A stretch of 64,000 bases of DNA from Nitrospirota bacterium (GCA_963703955.1 CAVPGK010000023.1:32001-96000), one strand, 5' to 3'; shown: positions 1 through 10,070, counted from the first letter of the stretch. Program-made: numbers and translations. The notes: a model not told the origin generated them from the sequence alone.

Positions 1-1390
1 GTCGGTTCAGATCCGGACACGCCTGAATGCCCTCAGCCAGCGGCCCAAACATGGCTCGCTCGTAATACCACAGGAAATAGGCCGCGCCGAAGATCACCCC
101 GGTCACTGCGATCGCGCCATAGAGCCAATGGGCTTTGAATGCGCCCAGCAAGATCAGAAACTCACCCACAAAGCCGTTGGTGCCGGGGAGGCCGATGGAG
201 GCCAAGCCGATGATCAGAAGGAAGGTGGCGAGCAATGGGACCTGTTTCGCAAGTCCTCCAAAATCCGAGAGGCGATTGCTGTAGCGCCGCGAATAGAGGA
301 ATCCGGCAATGAAGAACAGCCCCGCTGTGCTGAAACCGAGATTGATCATGGTGAGCAGGCTTCCCTGCAGTCCTTGAAAGTTGAGCGCAAAGAGTCCCAG
401 CACCACGAATCCCAGGTGGCTGATGCTGCTGAACGCCAACAACCGGCGAAAGTCCGGCTGGATAAGAGCCACAATCGCCCCATAGACAATCGCGATCAAG
501 GCCAGCGTCATCATGATCATGGTCACGCCATGGCTCTTGGACGCTTCCGGCAGCAGGGGAAGGCTGAATCGCATGAATCCGTAGGTTCCCAGCTTGATCC
601 CCGCCAGTATGACGGCGACCCCAATTGGGCCTTCGACCAGCGCATCCGGCAACCAGGTATGAAACGGGAAGATCGGGGCCTTGAATGCCAAGCCAAAAAA
701 GATCAACCAAAAGATCAATACTTGCTGCTCGACAGGAATCTTGACGGTCAGTAACTGCAAGAGATCAAACGTGTAGGGCGGCTCGATATGATGAACCACG
801 GCCCATTCGTGATAGTTGAGATTCAGGAGCACAAATCCGACCAGCATGAACACGCTCCCTAAGAGCGTATACAGGACGTATTTCAACGCCGCATAGTGCC
901 GCTCGACTCCGGTCCCCCACAGCTTGATCAAGAAATAACTCGGGATCAGCATCAATTCCCAGAAGACAAAAAACAGAATGAGATCGATGGCGACAAAGAT
1001 ACCCATCACGGTCGTTTCAAAGGCCAACAGGGCCATGAAATAGGCTTTGGCCTGATGACGAACCGTATCCCAGGAATAGAGGACGATCAGGATAGTCAGA
1101 AACGCCGTGAGGCCGACGAACAGGACGCTGATCCCGTCCACCGCTAGGTGGTAGTTAATTCCCAGGGCAGGAATCCATGCGATCCGCTCGGCAAACTGCA
1201 TCGCGGCCGACCCCGGCACAAAACGCAGCAGCACGATGCCGGCGAGAATCAATTCCAGGGCCGAAATCCCCACCGCGGCATTCTTGATAAGATCTTCATC
1301 GTCCAGCAGCCAAAGCAACATTGCTCCGACCAAGGGAAAAAACAGCAGGAGCGAGAGGATCGGGAAACCGAATGTCAGTTCTTCAAGCAT
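1..1390 (-). CDS. nuoM: NADH-quinone oxidoreductase subunit M (3' end runs off the window)
   Basis: Hand translation from ATG at 1390: MLEELTFGFPILSLLLFFPL...YHLAVDGISVLF...DLILFFVFWELMLIPSYFLIKLWG...ALKYVLYTLLGS. These are NuoM motifs, and the gene follows nuoL. It is absent from the ORF track because no stop lies in the window. Confidence 0.93.
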   Translation of the reverse strand, partial: MLEELTFGFPILSLLLFFPLVGAMLLWLLDDEDLIKNAAVGISALELILAGIVLLRFVPGSAAMQFAERIAWIPALGINYHLAVDGISVLFVGLTAFLTILIVLYSWDTVRHQAKAYFMALLAFETTVMGIFVAIDLILFFVFWELMLIPSYFLIKLWGTGVERHYAALKYVLYTLLGSVFMLVGFVLLNLNYHEWAVVHHIEPPYTFDLLQLLTVKIPVEQQVLIFWLIFFGLAFKAPIFPFHTWLPDALVEGPIGVAVILAGIKLGTYGFMRFSLPLLPEASKSHGVTMIMMTLALIAIVYGAIVALIQPDFRRLLAFSSISHLGFVVLGLFALNFQGLQGSLLTMINLGFSTAGLFFIAGFLYSRRYSNRLSDFGGLAKQVPLLATFLLIIGLASIGLPGTNGFVGEFLILLGAFKAHWLYGAIAVTGVIFGAAYFLWYYERAMFGPLAEGIQACPDLNR

Positions 1391-1486
1391 GGTCACTCTG
1401 CATCTTTCAGGATACTCAAAAAGGCCGGCTACACCCGCCCGCCCTAGGCGCTATCTCATCCGCCGTTGGGCGTCCAAACACCCCGT

Positions 1487-3484
1487 CTACTTTAAGGCCA
1501 CCCCGATGGAGGCCGCCCCCGTCCACCACGCGAGAATCAAATGCACCAAGATGAATAATCCTGCGATGATAATGGCGGCATAGTGATGCACCATGCCGCT
1601 CTGGAGCTTGCGCCATGAGCGCGCCGCCAGGTGATTGCAATACCCGATGACGTTGAGGAATCCATAGATCACGTGTTTTTCAATCCAGGTGCTGGCCGAT
1701 GCGCCGGACTCCGTCAGACGCCCGACCCCCACCACGAGTCCATCAATGACGGTGCGGTCGAACCAATCCCAGACCATCCCGAGTCGTTTGGTCGGCTCGA
1801 CGATCACCATGTCATAGAACTCGTCGACATAATACTTATTGAGCAGCGTGGTATACGCGCCCGGCATCTGCGCCGACCATTTCGGGGCGGTATCCGGCCT
1901 GACGGCATAGAGATAATGGGCGAGCCCCCACCCGAGCAGGGCGATCACGGTCGCGACACCCATCAACATCAGGAGGAGCCCCACCCCTCCGTGCGACTCG
2001 CCTGATTCGGCGGGGTGGGCTACTGGATGGAGGAACGAATGGAACCACCCATTTTCAGGAGGGACCCCAGGAAACCCACCGACCACGGCCAACGCTGCGA
2101 GCACCACGAGAGGCCCGATCATGACCCCTGGGGACTCGTGGACATGAGCAGCCGTGTGTCGGTCCAGCCGAGACCGTCCGTAGAAGGTCAGGTACGTGAG
2201 CCGGAACATGTAGAAGGCGGTCAGAAAGGCGCCGATCGCCGCGAGAGCATACAGCGCGTAACGACCATGCATAAAGGCATGGGCCATGATCTCGTCCTTG
2301 CTGAAAAATCCCGCCAGCGGCGGAAATCCCGCAATCGCCAGCGTCCCGACCAGCATCGTCCACCACGTCGTCCGGATCTTCCCCTTCAACCCCCCCATCT
2401 TCCGCAGGTCCTGCTCGCCTCCCAGCGCATGGATCACACTGCCCGATCCCAAAAACAACAGCGCTTTGAAAAACGCATGCGTCATCAAATGAAAAATCCC
2501 CGCCGTAAACGCCCCCACCCCCAGCCCCAAAAACATGTATCCCAACTGGCTGACCGTCGAATAGGCCAGCACCCGCTTGATGTCGTTCTGCACCAGCCCA
2601 ATCGAGGCCGCAAACAGCGCCGTCAGCGCCCCCACCACCGCCACCGTCAGCATCGCCGCCGGCGCCAGCACGTACAACGCGTTGCAGCGCGCCACCATGT
2701 ACACCCCCGCCGTCACCATCGTCGCCGCATGGATCAGCGCACTGACCGGCGTCGGCCCTTCCATCGCGTCCGGCAACCAGACATACAGCGGCAACTGCGC
2801 CGACTTGCCCATCGCCCCGATCAGCAGGCACAACGCGATCGCGGTCGCCATCTCCGGCGACAACCGACTCGCCTGGGCCATCACCTGCGTATAGTCGAGC
2901 GTGCGGAAGTTGATGAAGACAAGAAAGATCGCGAGCAAAAATCCGGCGTCCCCGATCCGGTTGACGACGAAGGCCTTGGTGGCGGCCTTGGCGGCGGAGA
3001 CCCGATCATAGTAGTAACCGATCAATAAATAGGAGCAGAGTCCCACTCCCTCCCATCCGATGAAGAGGACAGCATAGTTGTTCCCCATCACCAGAAGGAG
3101 CATGGAAACCATGAACAGGTTCATGTACGTGAAGAAGCGCGTAAAGCCTTCTTCTCCATGCATGTATCCCACGGAATACAAATGAATCAGAAAGCCGACG
3201 CCGGTGACCACTAGTAGCATGATACAAGTGAGAGGATCGATGAGGAAGGCGAGGTTAATCGTCAGATCGCCGCCGAAGATCCAGCGGTAGGCTACGACTT
3301 CCCGCGCGGCGCCGGTCTGCAGCGTGTCGACAAACACGGCGATCGCCAGCAGAAACGAAAGGCCCACCGATCCCCACGCTAGACGATGCGCGACGTCGTG
3401 TGAGTATCGGTGCCCCAATAATCCGTTCAGCAGGACGGCTGCGAGCGGAAGCGCGGGGATGAGGATGACTAGAAGGTCGAACAC
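1487..3484 (-). CDS. nuoL: NADH-quinone oxidoreductase subunit L, with an extended C-terminal lateral helix
   Basis: Motifs GWEGVGLCSYLLIG, GKSAQLPL..WLPDAMEGPTPVSALIHAATMV, DIKRVLAYST and HAFFKALLFL. Confidence 0.97.
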   Translation of the reverse strand: MFDLLVILIPALPLAAVLLNGLLGHRYSHDVAHRLAWGSVGLSFLLAIAVFVDTLQTGAAREVVAYRWIFGGDLTINLAFLIDPLTCIMLLVVTGVGFLIHLYSVGYMHGEEGFTRFFTYMNLFMVSMLLLVMGNNYAVLFIGWEGVGLCSYLLIGYYYDRVSAAKAATKAFVVNRIGDAGFLLAIFLVFINFRTLDYTQVMAQASRLSPEMATAIALCLLIGAMGKSAQLPLYVWLPDAMEGPTPVSALIHAATMVTAGVYMVARCNALYVLAPAAMLTVAVVGALTALFAASIGLVQNDIKRVLAYSTVSQLGYMFLGLGVGAFTAGIFHLMTHAFFKALLFLGSGSVIHALGGEQDLRKMGGLKGKIRTTWWTMLVGTLAIAGFPPLAGFFSKDEIMAHAFMHGRYALYALAAIGAFLTAFYMFRLTYLTFYGRSRLDRHTAAHVHESPGVMIGPLVVLAALAVVGGFPGVPPENGWFHSFLHPVAHPAESGESHGGVGLLLMLMGVATVIALLGWGLAHYLYAVRPDTAPKWSAQMPGAYTTLLNKYYVDEFYDMVIVEPTKRLGMVWDWFDRTVIDGLVVGVGRLTESGASASTWIEKHVIYGFLNVIGYCNHLAARSWRKLQSGMVHHYAAIIIAGLFILVHLILAWWTGAASIGVALK

Positions 3485-3485
3485 A

Positions 3486-3788
3486 TTACCACTTCAACAG
3501 GTTCATTTCGTCGACGTTGGTGGAAATTTTCCCGCGGAAGACGACGATGATGATGGCGAGCCCGACCGCCGCTTCTCCGGCCGCAATGGCAATCACGAAC
3601 AGCGCCACGATCTGGCCCGTCATCGATTCCAGGTAATGCGAAAAGGCTACCAGGTTGATGTTGGCCGCATTCAACATGATCTCCACCGCCATGAGCACGA
3701 TGATGAAATTTCGGCGGATCAACACACCGATCAGGCCGGTGACGAACAGGATCGCACTCACAGCCACGTATGCAGAGAGAGGAATCAT
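3486..3788 (-). CDS. nuoK: NADH-quinone oxidoreductase subunit K
   Basis: 100 aa with EIMLNAANINLVAFS and AAGEAAVGLAI; operon position. Confidence 0.97.
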   Translation of the reverse strand: MIPLSAYVAVSAILFVTGLIGVLIRRNFIIVLMAVEIMLNAANINLVAFSHYLESMTGQIVALFVIAIAAGEAAVGLAIIIVVFRGKISTNVDEMNLLKW

Positions 3789-3837
3789 GGATTTACAACA
3801 AGCTCTTAGCGATCAGCAGTCAGCGATGAGCTTCATC

Positions 3838-4359
3838 TCACTCCTGCTCTGCATCTGCGGTCGTCGGGGTCTTGGCCAGCACGATGGCCCCGATAATGGC
3901 GCCCAGCAAGAAGATCCCGACGATTTCGAACGGAAGCAGATATTCGCCGAACATCTTGATGCCGACGGCGTAGCTTGCGCCGTTTTGCAGGATCGCCTCA
4001 GCCGGCGCATCCCCCTTTGATCCGCCGAAGGGGGACCGCACGACCAGCAGCAGCAATTCAGCGCAGACCGCGACCGCTGCAAATAACATGATTGCGTATC
4101 GAGAATGTAGGTATCGTTCATCCGACTTCAGATTCAAGAGCATGAGCACAAAGAGATAGAGGACCAAGATAGCGCCGGCGTACACAATGATCTGGACGGC
4201 GAATAGAAACTCCGCATTCAGCAACACAAAGAGGCCTGCGACGTGGAGGAGAAGGGTCAGCAGCGCGAGGCCGCAGTGGACGGGATTTCTCAGCGCGACG
4301 GTGAACACCCCTGCGAGGATGCTTACTACGGAAAAATACGCGAAGAAGATCGGACCCAT
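3838..4359 (-). CDS. nuoJ: NADH-quinone oxidoreductase subunit J
   Basis: NPVH..L, LNAEFLFAVQIIVYAGAILVLYLFVLMLL and YLLPFE motifs. Confidence 0.96.
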   Translation of the reverse strand: MGPIFFAYFSVVSILAGVFTVALRNPVHCGLALLTLLLHVAGLFVLLNAEFLFAVQIIVYAGAILVLYLFVLMLLNLKSDERYLHSRYAIMLFAAVAVCAELLLLVVRSPFGGSKGDAPAEAILQNGASYAVGIKMFGEYLLPFEIVGIFLLGAIIGAIVLAKTPTTADAEQE

Positions 4360-4369
4360 CTCTTTACAA

Positions 4370-4960
4370 TCAAGTCAGATGCTTGGGCGGTACGGGCTGC
4401 GTGGGCTTTAACACCGACTGAGGGAAGAAGTATCGGTAGTCGCGACTATCCTGACTGTTTGTTTCCTGATTATGAGCGTACAGGTATCTCTTCGCGTCAT
4501 CGAGATGGCGCTCACCGATCTCATACAGCCGTTTCTTGTCAAACAAGAGCGTCCGCTTGTCGTGCGTGGAATATTCGTACATCTTGGTCATGGCCAGCGC
4601 ATTCACCGGACAGGCTTCCACGCAGTACCCGCAAAAAACACACTTCGTAATGTCGATGTAGAACTCACTGGCATAGCGTTGCAGCGGGAGCGACTTGTCT
4701 TCCTCGCTGATCACCTTGATACAGTGGGAGGGACACGCCGCCTCGCATAGATCGCAACCCACGCACCGTTCGCGACCATCGTCATAGCGCAACAGCCCCA
4801 ATGCTCCGCGATGAGCGTCGGGGATGGTCCGCTGTTCGCGAGGATACTGAAACGTGATCGGACGATGAAACATGTGCTTGAAGGTGACCTTCATCGCATC
4901 CCAGATCTCGTAAAAGAGGGCGGCGTGCAACAGCTTCTTGACCAGGGCGCCAACGCTCAT
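4370..4960 (-). CDS. nuoI: NADH-quinone oxidoreductase subunit I
   Basis: TFQYP plus two 4Fe-4S motifs (CVGCDLCEAACP, CVFCGYCVEACP). Confidence 0.96.
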   Translation of the reverse strand: MSVGALVKKLLHAALFYEIWDAMKVTFKHMFHRPITFQYPREQRTIPDAHRGALGLLRYDDGRERCVGCDLCEAACPSHCIKVISEEDKSLPLQRYASEFYIDITKCVFCGYCVEACPVNALAMTKMYEYSTHDKRTLLFDKKRLYEIGERHLDDAKRYLYAHNQETNSQDSRDYRYFFPQSVLKPTQPVPPKHLT

Positions 4961-4981
4961 GATCGCTCCCGCAAAATCTCG

Positions 4982-7672
4982 TCAGACTTTCTCGATAGTC
5001 GCCGATGCCTGTTTGAAATACGGCACTCCGGTTGTCCCGTCTATCTCGACCGGCATGAGGTCCTTGACCGGAGGCTCATTGAAGTGCTCGGGAAAGAAGC
5101 AGGCGCCCGGCAGTAAGGCAAGATCGCTTTGGACACCCATTTCCAATGACCCTCTGTCGGTGGTGACCCGAACACGCACGCTTTCACTGAGTCCCATGCG
5201 CTCCATATCCTGTACATTCATGTGCAGGCGGCCGGTGTTCGGGGAGATTCTCACGAGCCCAGAAGCCTGCGTCGAAAGTTTTCCTGAATGGTAAAGCACC
5301 TGGCCCAACGACAGCGCGAACCGATCCTGCTTCGCGGGCTTTCGATCGATTCGATACCGCACCTTCACATCGCCTGTGTTTCCGTGAGCCGGATACGCGT
5401 CCGGTCTCAGAGCCATCTTGCGCGGCTGGCCCAGGTTGTAGTAGCCCGGTAACAGCTTCATGATCTCGCTTTGGATATCTTGCGGGGACTCATACTCAAA
5501 CGGGAATCCCAACCCGCTGGCCACCGCCGTCATGATGTGCCAATCGGGGAGACTATCACCGACCGGATCCATAGTCTGTCTGATCCGCAAGACCCGACCC
5601 TCAAGATTCGTGAAGGTCCCATCCTTTTCCGCATAGGTGCATGCCGGGAGCACGATGTGAGCCATCTGGGCGGTCTCGGTAAGGAACGGGTCCTGGCAAA
5701 TCAACAACTCAAGCCTTCCCAGAGCTTCCTTCACCTCCAGAGACGCGGGCAAGGTGGCAAGCGGGTTTTCCCCGATCACATATAGGGCCTTGATCTTCCC
5801 GTTCCGGCAACGCTTGATAATTTCCATCAGATTGGCGCCGCTTCCGACGGGTGGTAGATCCGCCCCCCACGCTTTGGCGAATCGATCGCGCGCGGCCTCG
5901 CTATCAAAGGGGGCTTGCCCCGGAAGGAACTCGGGGGCCACTCCCATATCCACGGCACCCTGCTCGTTGACTTCCTCGGTCACGGTGTTCACCCCGCAAC
6001 CGGGACGCCCCAATTTCCCGGTGATCCACGCCAGATCGATTAGGTCCAGCACCCGATCGTAACCGCCGGGTCGGCGAACCACGCCTTCGGCGCACAGAAT
6101 AATCGCGCGCGGCGTTTCGGCAAAAATCGCGGCGACCTCACGAATTCGGTCCACGGCAATCCCGGTTTCGGCGGCGATGGCATCGAGCGAAAGCCCGGCG
6201 ACGGCCTGCTTAAGCGCTGAAAAGGCCTCTGGATGCTTGGCCGTTGTGTCTGCATCGACGAGGTCCTGGTCCAGGACGGATTTTACCAAGCCTTGAACAA
6301 ACAGCCCTTCAGTGCCCGGCCGTACCATCATCGGATGTGACGCCAGCTTGGCAATGTTCGTTTGAGCCGAATCCACGACGATCACTTGCGACTGATAGAT
6401 CCGAATCGCATCCTTGACCCGAACGGCCGTCAGTGGATTGGTCTCGGTGATATTGGTGCCCACGAGAAGGATCGCTTTGGCTTTGGTGATGTCTTCCCAG
6501 TCGTTCATCATCCGGCCGATGCCTAACGCGTGCTGAACGGCGCGAACGAAATTGATGTGGCCATAGCGAGCGCTACTGTCCAATTGATTGGTGCCGATAG
6601 CGACTCGCATGAGCTTTTGAAACAGATACAGTTCCTCATTGCTGCATCGGGCCGTCATCAATCCGGCAATGGCCTGAGGACCATGTTGCGCCTTGATCTC
6701 CGTCAAGCGATCCACCATCGCATGCACCGTTTCAAGCCACGGCGTCTCGACAAGAATCCCGTCACGGCGAGTCAGGGGCTGCTGAAGGCGGGCCTTGCTA
6801 TCGATATATTCGAATCCGAATCGCCCGCGCACGCAGATGCCCCCATGGCCCTTTGCCGTCTCGGTCCGATCCCCCCATTTATTCTTCCAGGAGAGCGGGG
6901 AAGTGACGCGGACCACTTCTCGATCCTTTGTTTCGATGTACATTTGGCAGCCGTCACCGCAGTAATTGCAGGTGGTCGTCGTTTTCTTCAACTGCCACGG
7001 CTTGTAGAGGTACTTGGAAAGCTTGTTCGTAATCGCACCGACCGGGCAGACCGCGAGGCAATCGCCGCAAAACTCACAGGAGAGTGCCACGTCTCCCTTG
7101 GCGACAACCTGGGTAAAGCCGCCCTTCTTCGCGAATTGCAAAGCGTCGATCATCAACACGTCTTTGCAGATGTTGATGCACTCGCCGCAGGCAATGCACC
7201 GGTTCATATTGAAATCAAGCACCGGGCTTCGCGTATCTTCCGGAATGAGCTTTTGCTTCGCATTCGCCAGATTCGTCACCTGGTGCGAGAAGGCCATGTC
7301 TTGAAGTTCGCAATGCCCATCGGCGTCACACACCGGACAGTCCAAAGGATGGACAGAAAGATGTTTCTCCACCGCTTTCTTCCTAGCCAGAAATAGATCT
7401 TCGCCTTCCGTTCTGACCACCATGCCGGCCGTGGCCTTGGCGGTGCAGGATCGCACCGGCGCTTTTTTCCCTTCGACCATGACCAGACACATCCCACACG
7501 ACCCGAAAGGATCAAACGTGTAGTGGTAGCACATGGCCGGGACGATCTTGCCTGTGCTGGAAATCACGTCATACAGCGAGACGCCATCCTTGGACGTCAC
7601 TGTGCGGCCATCGATGGATAATTCGACGGAGGCGGCCTCAGTATCGGGAGTGGTGACGGGTTTCAACGCCAT
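4982..7672 (-). CDS. nuoG: NuoG-like subunit (formate dehydrogenase alpha / molybdopterin oxidoreductase fold)
   Basis: Fe-S motifs C..CGMC, HPLDCPVC, CIACGEC, CEFCGDCLAVCP and CNYCGDGC; EKDGTFTNLEGR; lies between nuoD and nuoI. Confidence 0.85.
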   Translation of the reverse strand: MALKPVTTPDTEAASVELSIDGRTVTSKDGVSLYDVISSTGKIVPAMCYHYTFDPFGSCGMCLVMVEGKKAPVRSCTAKATAGMVVRTEGEDLFLARKKAVEKHLSVHPLDCPVCDADGHCELQDMAFSHQVTNLANAKQKLIPEDTRSPVLDFNMNRCIACGECINICKDVLMIDALQFAKKGGFTQVVAKGDVALSCEFCGDCLAVCPVGAITNKLSKYLYKPWQLKKTTTTCNYCGDGCQMYIETKDREVVRVTSPLSWKNKWGDRTETAKGHGGICVRGRFGFEYIDSKARLQQPLTRRDGILVETPWLETVHAMVDRLTEIKAQHGPQAIAGLMTARCSNEELYLFQKLMRVAIGTNQLDSSARYGHINFVRAVQHALGIGRMMNDWEDITKAKAILLVGTNITETNPLTAVRVKDAIRIYQSQVIVVDSAQTNIAKLASHPMMVRPGTEGLFVQGLVKSVLDQDLVDADTTAKHPEAFSALKQAVAGLSLDAIAAETGIAVDRIREVAAIFAETPRAIILCAEGVVRRPGGYDRVLDLIDLAWITGKLGRPGCGVNTVTEEVNEQGAVDMGVAPEFLPGQAPFDSEAARDRFAKAWGADLPPVGSGANLMEIIKRCRNGKIKALYVIGENPLATLPASLEVKEALGRLELLICQDPFLTETAQMAHIVLPACTYAEKDGTFTNLEGRVLRIRQTMDPVGDSLPDWHIMTAVASGLGFPFEYESPQDIQSEIMKLLPGYYNLGQPRKMALRPDAYPAHGNTGDVKVRYRIDRKPAKQDRFALSLGQVLYHSGKLSTQASGLVRISPNTGRLHMNVQDMERMGLSESVRVRVTTDRGSLEMGVQSDLALLPGACFFPEHFNEPPVKDLMPVEIDGTTGVPYFKQASATIEKV

Positions 7673-7737
7673 TCTTTACACCTCGGAATTTCTTTATTAT
7701 GAACTATGCTTTCTGCAGGCTTTTTTTCAGCATCCTG

Positions 7738-9006
7738 TTACCGATCGCATTCGCCCATCACAATATCATACGTCCCAAAAATCGTGACCGCATCCGCGAT
7801 CATGTAGCCTCGCGACATGTGGTCAAACGCGCCCATATGGATGAAGGACGGGGCGCGAATTTTGAGTCGGTAAGGCTTGCCTCCGCCCGTGCTGACGATA
7901 TAGAAGCCCAGCTCACCCTTGTGGGCTTCCGTCCCGCAATAGATCTCGCCCGGAGGCGCGTTGAATCCTTGCGAGAATAACTTGAACTGCTGGATCATCG
8001 ATTCCAGGTTGGTGAATACGCGTTCTTTGGGGGGGAAAGTGACGCTGGGCACTTCCGCCATGATCGGTCCTTCGGCCGGCATCTGATCCAGACACTGCTG
8101 GATAATTTTCACGCTCTCGCGCATCTCCTCCACGCGGATCCAGTACCGATCGTAGGTGTCCCCGTTCTTGCCGACGGGCACGCTGAATTCGCATTTCGGA
8201 TACGCGCCGTACGCCTCATATTTCCGCAGATCGTAATCGACCCCCGACCCTCGCAACGTCGGACCGCTCAGACCGAAACTCACCGCATCTTCCGCCGAGA
8301 TCACCGCCACGCCCTTCGTCCGGGAGATCCAGATTCGGTTTTTTTCCAAGAAGACGACGTACTCATCGATCTTCGGAGGGAAATAGGCGAGAAATTGGCG
8401 GAGCTTCTGGAGCAACGACGGGGTGAAATCCCGCTCGATCCCTCCGATCCGATACCAACTGGTGGTCAAGCGCGCGCCGCACAACTCATCGAACCAATCG
8501 AGCAAGATCTCACGGTCTCTGAACGTATAGAAGAAGACCGTCATCGCCCCGATGTCCAAGGCCTGCGTGCCCAACCAGAATTGGTGGCCGATAATGCGCT
8601 GCACTTCCGCCACGATGGTCCGCAGGTACTCCGCACGCTCCGGCACGGTGATGTTCATGAGCTTCTCGACGGCGCGACAATAGGCGAAATTGTTATACAT
8701 CGCGCAGACATAATCCAACCGATCGGTGTGGGGGATAAATTGGTGGTACGTCCCCTCCTCAGCGAGCTTCTCCACGCCTCGATGGAGAAATCCCATGACG
8801 GGCGTCGATTTCACCAGCCGCTCGCCTTCAAGCTCCAACACGACTTTGAGCACGCCGTGGGTGCTGGGATGCTGAGGTCCCATGTTGAGCAGTAATTCTT
8901 CGGTCCGAAGCGTCGGCAAGGTGGCGCTTTCGGGGTGCTCCGGGTCTACTTTGTAGACTGTCGTGCGCTGGTCTTGGAGGGGCTGCTGCGTCACGGACTT
9001 CTTCAC
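7738..9006 (-). CDS. nuoD: NADH-quinone oxidoreductase subunit D
   Basis: LNMGPQHPSTHGVL, GFLHRGVEK and RLDY; C-terminus DIVMGECDR. Confidence 0.98.
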   Translation of the reverse strand: MKKSVTQQPLQDQRTTVYKVDPEHPESATLPTLRTEELLLNMGPQHPSTHGVLKVVLELEGERLVKSTPVMGFLHRGVEKLAEEGTYHQFIPHTDRLDYVCAMYNNFAYCRAVEKLMNITVPERAEYLRTIVAEVQRIIGHQFWLGTQALDIGAMTVFFYTFRDREILLDWFDELCGARLTTSWYRIGGIERDFTPSLLQKLRQFLAYFPPKIDEYVVFLEKNRIWISRTKGVAVISAEDAVSFGLSGPTLRGSGVDYDLRKYEAYGAYPKCEFSVPVGKNGDTYDRYWIRVEEMRESVKIIQQCLDQMPAEGPIMAEVPSVTFPPKERVFTNLESMIQQFKLFSQGFNAPPGEIYCGTEAHKGELGFYIVSTGGGKPYRLKIRAPSFIHMGAFDHMSRGYMIADAVTIFGTYDIVMGECDR

Positions 9007-9007
9007 G

Positions 9008-9505
9008 CTACTGGCTCCTCTCGTTCAAGAATTCAAACGTGTCACGCCAACCTTTCCCCTGCAACGGAAAATCCTTCCTGAGCGGATAGCCTTCCGCGTA
9101 GTCGTCCGGCATCAGGATGCGGCGAAGATCGGGGTGATTGCGGAACCGAATCCCCATCATGTCATAGACTTCCCGCTCCATGAAATCCGCGCCCTTCCAG
9201 ATGTCAGTGAGGGAATCTACGATGCAATCCGCTTCAGGGACACGCGTCTTCAATCTTACGCGATGGCGCTTCCGAATCGAATAGAACTCGTACACGACCT
9301 CAAATCGCTCTTCGTCATCCGGCCAATCCACGGAGCTGACATGAACGATATAGTCGAAATCCAGCTCGGGTTCGTCATGAAGATAGCGCGCCACCTCGTG
9401 CAAGAAATCTCGCGTGACGGTGACCGCTACATCTCCGCGCCACTCGACCGCCTTGACGAAAGCTTTCGGATACTCTTGTTGGACACGTTCGGCGACCGGG
9501 TGCAT
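9008..9505 (-). CDS. nuoC: NADH-quinone oxidoreductase subunit C
   Basis: EREVYDMMGIRFRNHPDLRRIL...GYPLRKDFP. Confidence 0.97.
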   Translation of the reverse strand: MHPVAERVQQEYPKAFVKAVEWRGDVAVTVTRDFLHEVARYLHDEPELDFDYIVHVSSVDWPDDEERFEVVYEFYSIRKRHRVRLKTRVPEADCIVDSLTDIWKGADFMEREVYDMMGIRFRNHPDLRRILMPDDYAEGYPLRKDFPLQGKGWRDTFEFLNERSQ

Positions 9506-9519
9506 CCGACAGCTCCGCG

Positions 9520-10047
9520 CTAGGCTTTGACCGCCTCTTTCACTTCCTCGGGCTGCTTCACGAAGACCCGCTTCTGCATGATGCGCTCCTGAAGTTTCAA
9601 GACGCCGTCGAACAGGGCTTCCGGAGTCGGCGGACAGCCGGGCACGTAAATGTCCACGGGGACAAAGCGATCCACGCCCTGCACCACGCTGTAGCTGTCA
9701 TAGATGTTCCCGGAGGTGGCGCATGAACCCATCGCGATGACATACTTCGGCTCCGGCATCTGATCGTAGATCTTTCTGATCACAGGCGCCATGCGGCGAC
9801 ACACGGTTCCGGCCACGATCATGAGATCGGATTGGCGGGGCGAGGCTCGAAACACACCGGCTCCGTACCGATCCATGTCATACCTGGAAGAGACGGCCGC
9901 GATCATCTCGATCGCGCAGCACGCTAACCCGAATGTCATCGGCCAGAGCGACCCCTTGCGAGCCCAGTTGACCGCTTTTTCCAGCGAGGCGGTAATCACC
10001 CCCACATCTCCGTCTTTGTCATGGCGTCTGATTTGTATCAACCCCAT
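9520..10047 (-). CDS. nuoB: NADH-quinone oxidoreductase subunit B
   Basis: [26 protein letters not shown] and VPGCPP. Confidence 0.98.
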   Translation of the reverse strand: MGLIQIRRHDKDGDVGVITASLEKAVNWARKGSLWPMTFGLACCAIEMIAAVSSRYDMDRYGAGVFRASPRQSDLMIVAGTVCRRMAPVIRKIYDQMPEPKYVIAMGSCATSGNIYDSYSVVQGVDRFVPVDIYVPGCPPTPEALFDGVLKLQERIMQKRVFVKQPEEVKEAVKA

Positions 10048-10070
10048 GCTACTACCTCGTGACTATCGAA

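Noticed and set aside
128..9523. Long plus-strand ORFs opposite the nuo genes (e.g. 128-754, 2015-3028, 6530-7396)
   Set aside because: These are antisense shadows of GC-rich coding genes with no motifs. The same applies to 41536-42693, 34643-35635 and 51007-51900.
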